Shown here one piece after another: positions 59,351 through 64,000 of a stretch of DNA of 64,000 nucleotides. A program made the position numbers and the translations under genes. Where the stretch lies: NCBI GenBank assembly GCA_024679065.1, contig JAGIQG010000028.1:992001-1056000 (forward strand), in the 5' to 3' direction. Within the stretch, counting starts at the first letter, position 1; each line of letters opens with the position of its first letter. The stretch is from Sphyrna mokarran (taxonomy: Eukaryota). The notes beneath the pieces were generated by a model. The model saw only the letters and a program-made list of their open reading frames with translations. It was not told where the DNA came from and ran no database searches.

Positions 59351-60378
59351 TCTTTCAGTTCATGAATCCCTCCCCAAACTGTCTTGCTGTTAACTAGGTC
59401 TCTGAATTCTAATTCTCTCCCCAGTGCTACACTCCTCTCTGTACCTGTTCCCACCAATCTGTCCCTAAAGGCCAATATTTTATGATAACAGCCAAAAACC
59501 TTTCAATAGTTTGATTGTTTTCATGGAAACGACAAATCAAGCGTGAATCCAACAATCAAATGAAGGAGCAAAATGCATTTCCACCGGGAGAAAAGGCAAG
59601 AGCTCAGGGCCGAATCAAAGAGGCAGCCTGTACCCCAGTGCTCCTGTGGAAAATCTGTTCTGATTATTGCTCAGTGAGCCGTGACAATGAGGTGAATTTT
59701 CAACTCTTCCATCCAACACAAAAACCCAATTGCAGCAAAGGTGCTGGGCAATGTGATGCTACACTGTGTCATTGTAATGATGGCTGTGTTTCTCTGGGTT
59801 TACTATTAACCGTCCAGAGTGCCCACCCCCTCCTCCACCCACCTCATCCCTATCCCCAGTAAGTAAAATGTTGCTAACACCTCTGACTTCAATGGAAGCC
59901 TGGTTTTGCAGTGGGCTGGGTGAAGACTGCACATCTGTCCAGCTGCAGCTTCCTGAACAGGACTCAGCCACAAAGTGACTTCCTCAGTATTTGTGTGGGA
60001 TCTGCTCTGTTCCTGCGGACCACCAGCATTGCTGTTACTCCAGCTTCCTCGCCATCTGGGAGATTCAGTCCCAGGCCATCTCTTCCTTACCCTGTGAGGA
60101 GGATACTCAGCCAGTGAGGCTGAAAAAAGGGTCACTTTTTGAAGACAGAGATGAGGAATTTCTTCTTTCAGATGGTGCTGAATCTTTGGAATTCTTGAAA
60201 ATCATAAGAGTAAGGAGCAGGAGAGGCCCACTGGACTCATCGAGCCCAATCCAACATTCAGTAAGATCATGTCTCATCTGTCCCTATGTAACTCTTCATT
60301 CCATTCTTGATCAAAACCCTGTCTAACCCAGCCTTGAATATATTCAATAACCCAACACACACTGCTCCCTGTGGCAAA

Positions 60379-60499
60379 GATGTGGCAATGTCGGTATTGG
60401 ACTGGGGTGGGTACAGTAAGTTCTCTCACAATACCAGGTTAAATCCAACAGGTTTATTTGGAATCACAAGCTTTCAGAGCACTGCTCCTTCCTCAGGTT
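60379..60499 (-). mobile_element. Penelope pseudo-LTR end with a near-intact hammerhead motif (60465-60499)
   Basis: Minus strand aac-CTGAGGA-a-GGAGC-agt-GCTCT-GAA-AGCT-T-gtg, then aataaacctgttgga. Confidence 0.8.
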
Positions 60500-61282
60500 C
60501 CTCCTGGAAAAGACATTCCTCCTTATTCCCCTTTTAAATGAGGGACTTTTTATTTTTGATGTAAGGTTATCTACATGAATTGTCACTCTGTTTCTCTCTC
60601 CTCAGATGCTGCCTGACGTTTTGGGTATTTCCAGCATCTTCTGTTTTTATCATGGGTTCAGGTAAGATTGCCTTGGACATTCTGACTGGTTCAGTTGCCA
60701 CCATCAATGGGTTTCCTCATTCCAGTCCATGGCACACCAATAAAAACAAAACTTTCCTCAGCATATTTGTGGCAGTGTTTCTGGGCAACGTGTAGTGTTA
60801 ATCTTCGAATGCTCAATCCTATTCAAAACTCTGAGTAGATTACTGTTACATTGATAATTTTGAGGATTTTATTTTTCTTTCTACAACCCAGTTTATGAAA
60901 TATTGTGAAATCTGCAGTTTAAGCCTCAACTAGCTCACATCCTATTGCACACATTCAGGTCAAATAGTGATTGCACATCAATATTCAGGGCTATTTGCAT
61001 CTCAGCTTTCGTGTAACAGACTCAAGGGGCAGAATGGCCTCCTCCTGTTTGTTTTTGCAAATCTTACCAATAGTAAGCAATTGAAATATCAATAGTCCCT
61101 GGAACATCCAAAGGATAAGTAGGGAATGTTTTAGAGTTTAATTTGCATTGCTTCTTTTCTTTATTCTTTTATGAGATGCAAAGGGGCATTAACAAGACCA
61201 GCGTTTCTTACCCAACGCTAATTGCCCGGATCTAATTGGCTCGCTGGAACATTTCAGAGAACAGTTAAGATCATCCATATTG

Positions 61283-62900
61283 TTGTAGTAATGTGAAGCT
61301 GAGGAAGAATAATTTTTTCAAGTTTGTAATAACACTTTGGCTCACCAGCTGCGTGTGAAATAATTTATTTACAACCCGCTGTTTTACAGATTCTTACAGC
61401 TTTGTGGCTGCCAGTCAGTGTCCAGGGGTGATCTGCTCTGGTCAACCCCCAGCCTTGTCCTCTGATTAGTTTCCCTGGATCACGTTCTCGGCCAATTGTC
61501 TGTTATAGGGGACAGCCTGTCACTTCCCTCCCGTTTTGCATGATGATACTAGTTAAACAATTCCCATAAATTTAGCATTTAACGCATTTAAACAATTTAG
61601 TCTCTCCAGTGGTTCCCGCTTTCTGGCAGTGTGATGTAACTCCCCTGATAAGAGTGCTTCTCCTGGGGTACTTCCAGTACAAGCTGCTGCCTCTGGTTTC
61701 TCCTCAGGCCTCTTCTATTTCCATGGTAACGCCAGGCTGTCCTGTCATAGGTTCACTCGATACTTCACCACTCGGACAACCAACCACGTTTCCTGGTTTC
61801 GGGCTGCAGTATTGGCTTGTGGGACAACTCTCATCCACGTGTTTCCTGACAGTTCCACCTTGTACATTCACTTTGTAAGGTACTGGTGTTGTCTGGGCTG
61901 CAACAATTCCTGGGATCCAGCTTAGTCCACTTCCAAAATTTCAGACATCCTCTGGTTTACTTATTGCTGCTTTGCCTGAATCGAGGCTTCTCTTGTGATT
62001 GACTCTCTCCACGAAGTTTGGAAATATCTGACAGAGTCTGATTCTAAGACTCTGGCCCATCAGTAATTCCACTGGTGGCACAGAATGCAGCATTGTTCCG
62101 TGTTCTAGAAAGAGTCGAGACATTCGGTACCCGGATTCACACCCGACTGCTTTTAAAGAGTTGCCGTGAAGATTTGTCCTGTGTGTGTGTACAGCCAGTT
62201 CATTGGGTGCCGGTGTTACAGCCCAGTGCTGAGATGCTTTATATCATTTGTGGAGGTGAAATTCTGAAATTCAGCACTCATGAAGGTTGTTCCATTATCC
62301 AACACAATTACTTCAGTGATGCAAAACACTGGCACAATTTCTTAACTCTGGTTTGTAACAGACTTCATTTCAAACACTTCTATCCATTTTAAATGGGCAT
62401 CTTTCAGGAACAAAGACATCTTGCCCAAATCTGGCCCCAAATAATCAATGTGGACACACACCCATAGCTGACCAGGCCATTCCCAAGATGCAGAAGGTAT
62501 AGGACTTCGATAATCTCTCAATGCCAGGCCAAAAAAATCTAACTCCCGGTGGAAGAGCTTCATTTTTGACACACTCACAATATAATTCAGCCAATAGCAA
62601 CTCTGTTCCTAGCACAGTATCGACCACCATTCCCTTCACCCCCAAAGTATGATGCTGTCTTTGCAACTTAATTTCTCTTTCCTAATACAACATGGCTTTC
62701 TCCCTCTGACCCTGGCTCATTGATCCATCCTGTTCATATTCAGTGCTTCATTCTGGTTAATAACGGATCTCAGCTGCTCCAATACTTGATTGGCTGTTCT
62801 GATACTGGCAATGTAGCTAAGACAGTTAGCGCCATCACAGTTTCCGATGGTAATGCTTGTGGCCACTACACTCTCAGCAATGGACAACTCTATGTTCATA
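61283..62900 (-). mobile_element. Gypsy LTR retrotransposon remnant (integrase region plus probable 3' LTR at ~61283-61560)
   Basis: WEWP...W..VHIDY.GP..GKM....DAH.KWIEV, DNGT.F, VPP.ELLMG, V.NFGSG..WIPG.V, RKHVD. Confidence 0.85.
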
Positions 62901-62904
62901 AAAT

Positions 62905-63245
62905 CTACAGAATCACTACAGTGCAGAAGGAGGCCATTCAATCCATCCAGTCTGCACCAAATTATCATCTTATCCTGGCCCACACTATCTCTGTGACCCG
63001 TACATTAACCATGGCTAATTAGCCTAACCTACACATCTTTGGAAATTAAGGGGCAATTTATCACAGCCAATTTACCTAACACACATGTCTTTGGAGTGTG
63101 GGATGAAACTGGAGCATCCAGAAAATACCCATGCAGATAAGGGGGGAAGGTACAGACTCTGCACAATCACCCAAGGCTGGAATTGAATCCGGGTCCCTGA
63201 CACTATGAGGGAATAATGCGTACCACTGTACCACCATGCCACCCT
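62905..63245 (-). mobile_element. HE1 V-SINE, full length
   Basis: Head 'gggtggcatggtggtacagtgg', B box 'ggattcaattcc', V-core, CR1-type tail. Confidence 0.9.
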
Positions 63246-63339
63246 AATCTGCATTGGCTATATCCATTTCAGGCTGGTGTTGGAATGTATACTCACATGC
63301 AGAAAAGATTAATGCCCAACACTCAATTCTTGCTGCTAT

Positions 63340-63511
63340 CATAAAAACCCTACAATGCAGAAGGAGGCCATTCAGCCCATCGAGTCTGCATTGACAATAA
63401 TCCCATCCCAGACCCTATCCCCATAACCCCACACATTTACCCGGCTAATCCCTCTAACCTACACATCCCAGGACACTAAGGGACCATCAACCTGATGTAC
63501 ACACCTTTGGA
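63340..63511 (-). mobile_element. HE1 SINE 3' part
   Basis: 'ccctacaatgcagaaggaggccattcagcccatcgagtctgca'. Confidence 0.85.
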
Positions 63512-63613
63512 TTATTTGATATATTTGGCGGAATGGCCTTGTTTGCAGTCTGTTACTGCCTTTCACACACATACTGGTGGAACCTCTTTATTCCGTATAT
63601 GACAGCCAATCTG

Positions 63614-63920
63614 AGTACAGTGCAGGAACATGAAGCATTTCTGTTCCTCATACATACATATATGTAGAGTGCAAGAACACGGAGCATACTTGTTCTTCAT
63701 ACATACATATGCAGTATTTTAAAAAGGCAGCTCACCACCACCTTCTCAAGGACAACTAAGGATGGGCAATAAATCTGCCCAGCCAGCAACACCCACGTCC
63801 CAGAAATGAATTTAAAAAATCAACAGTACAATAACAAGAGGCACACGCGTTCCTCATGCATACATACATGTATGTAGAGTGTAGTAACATGGAATTTTCA
63901 AGTCCTCATACATACATGTT
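63614..63920 (+). repeat. ~50-bp degenerate minisatellite interrupted by a LINE tail (63721-63819)
   Basis: Four copies of 't(c/t)ctcatacatacat', with '(a)gagtg.a.gaaca' spacers. Confidence 0.75.
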
Positions 63921-64000
63921 CCTCAGTTTCAAAACATGTTTCTGCGTCATTTCAGCCTATTTATTTTTGATAGCTCGGTGATGCAAGCATTCTTTATCAT

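Noticed and set aside
12000-64000. Coding exons of a neighbouring host gene such as CDA, MUL1 or PINK1
   Set aside because: No recognisable peptide in the ORF track or by eye; short exons could have been missed
1-64000. Prokaryotic-type system (defence island, retron, operon)
   Set aside because: All RTs are eukaryotic LINE or Penelope types, the integrase is Gypsy-type, and there is no operon-like gene density

Overview
Eukaryotic, vertebrate genomic DNA. The repeat content (HE1-type V-SINEs, HER1/CR1 LINEs, Deu-SINEs, Penelope-like elements, Harbinger MITEs) points to a cartilaginous fish, probably a shark. I can support only one host protein-coding gene: an intronless FAM43B-like PTB/PID-domain gene (8647-9570, +) inside a CpG island, preceded by a G-rich 40-bp minisatellite. 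The rest is a transposon-rich intergenic region. It holds many CR1 copies (several young and nested, one with an uninterrupted 777-codon ORF2 fragment), old RTE and L2 LINEs, Penelope-like elements, a Gypsy remnant, a probable solo LTR, Harbinger elements, SINEs, minisatellites and a 244-N gap. The most notable non-obvious signal is about ten minimal hammerhead-ribozyme motifs of three sequence types, carried by Penelope-type terminal repeats on both strands and partly in inverted pairs. All family assignments come from recognising motifs by eye, not from database searches; boundaries of old repeats are approximate.
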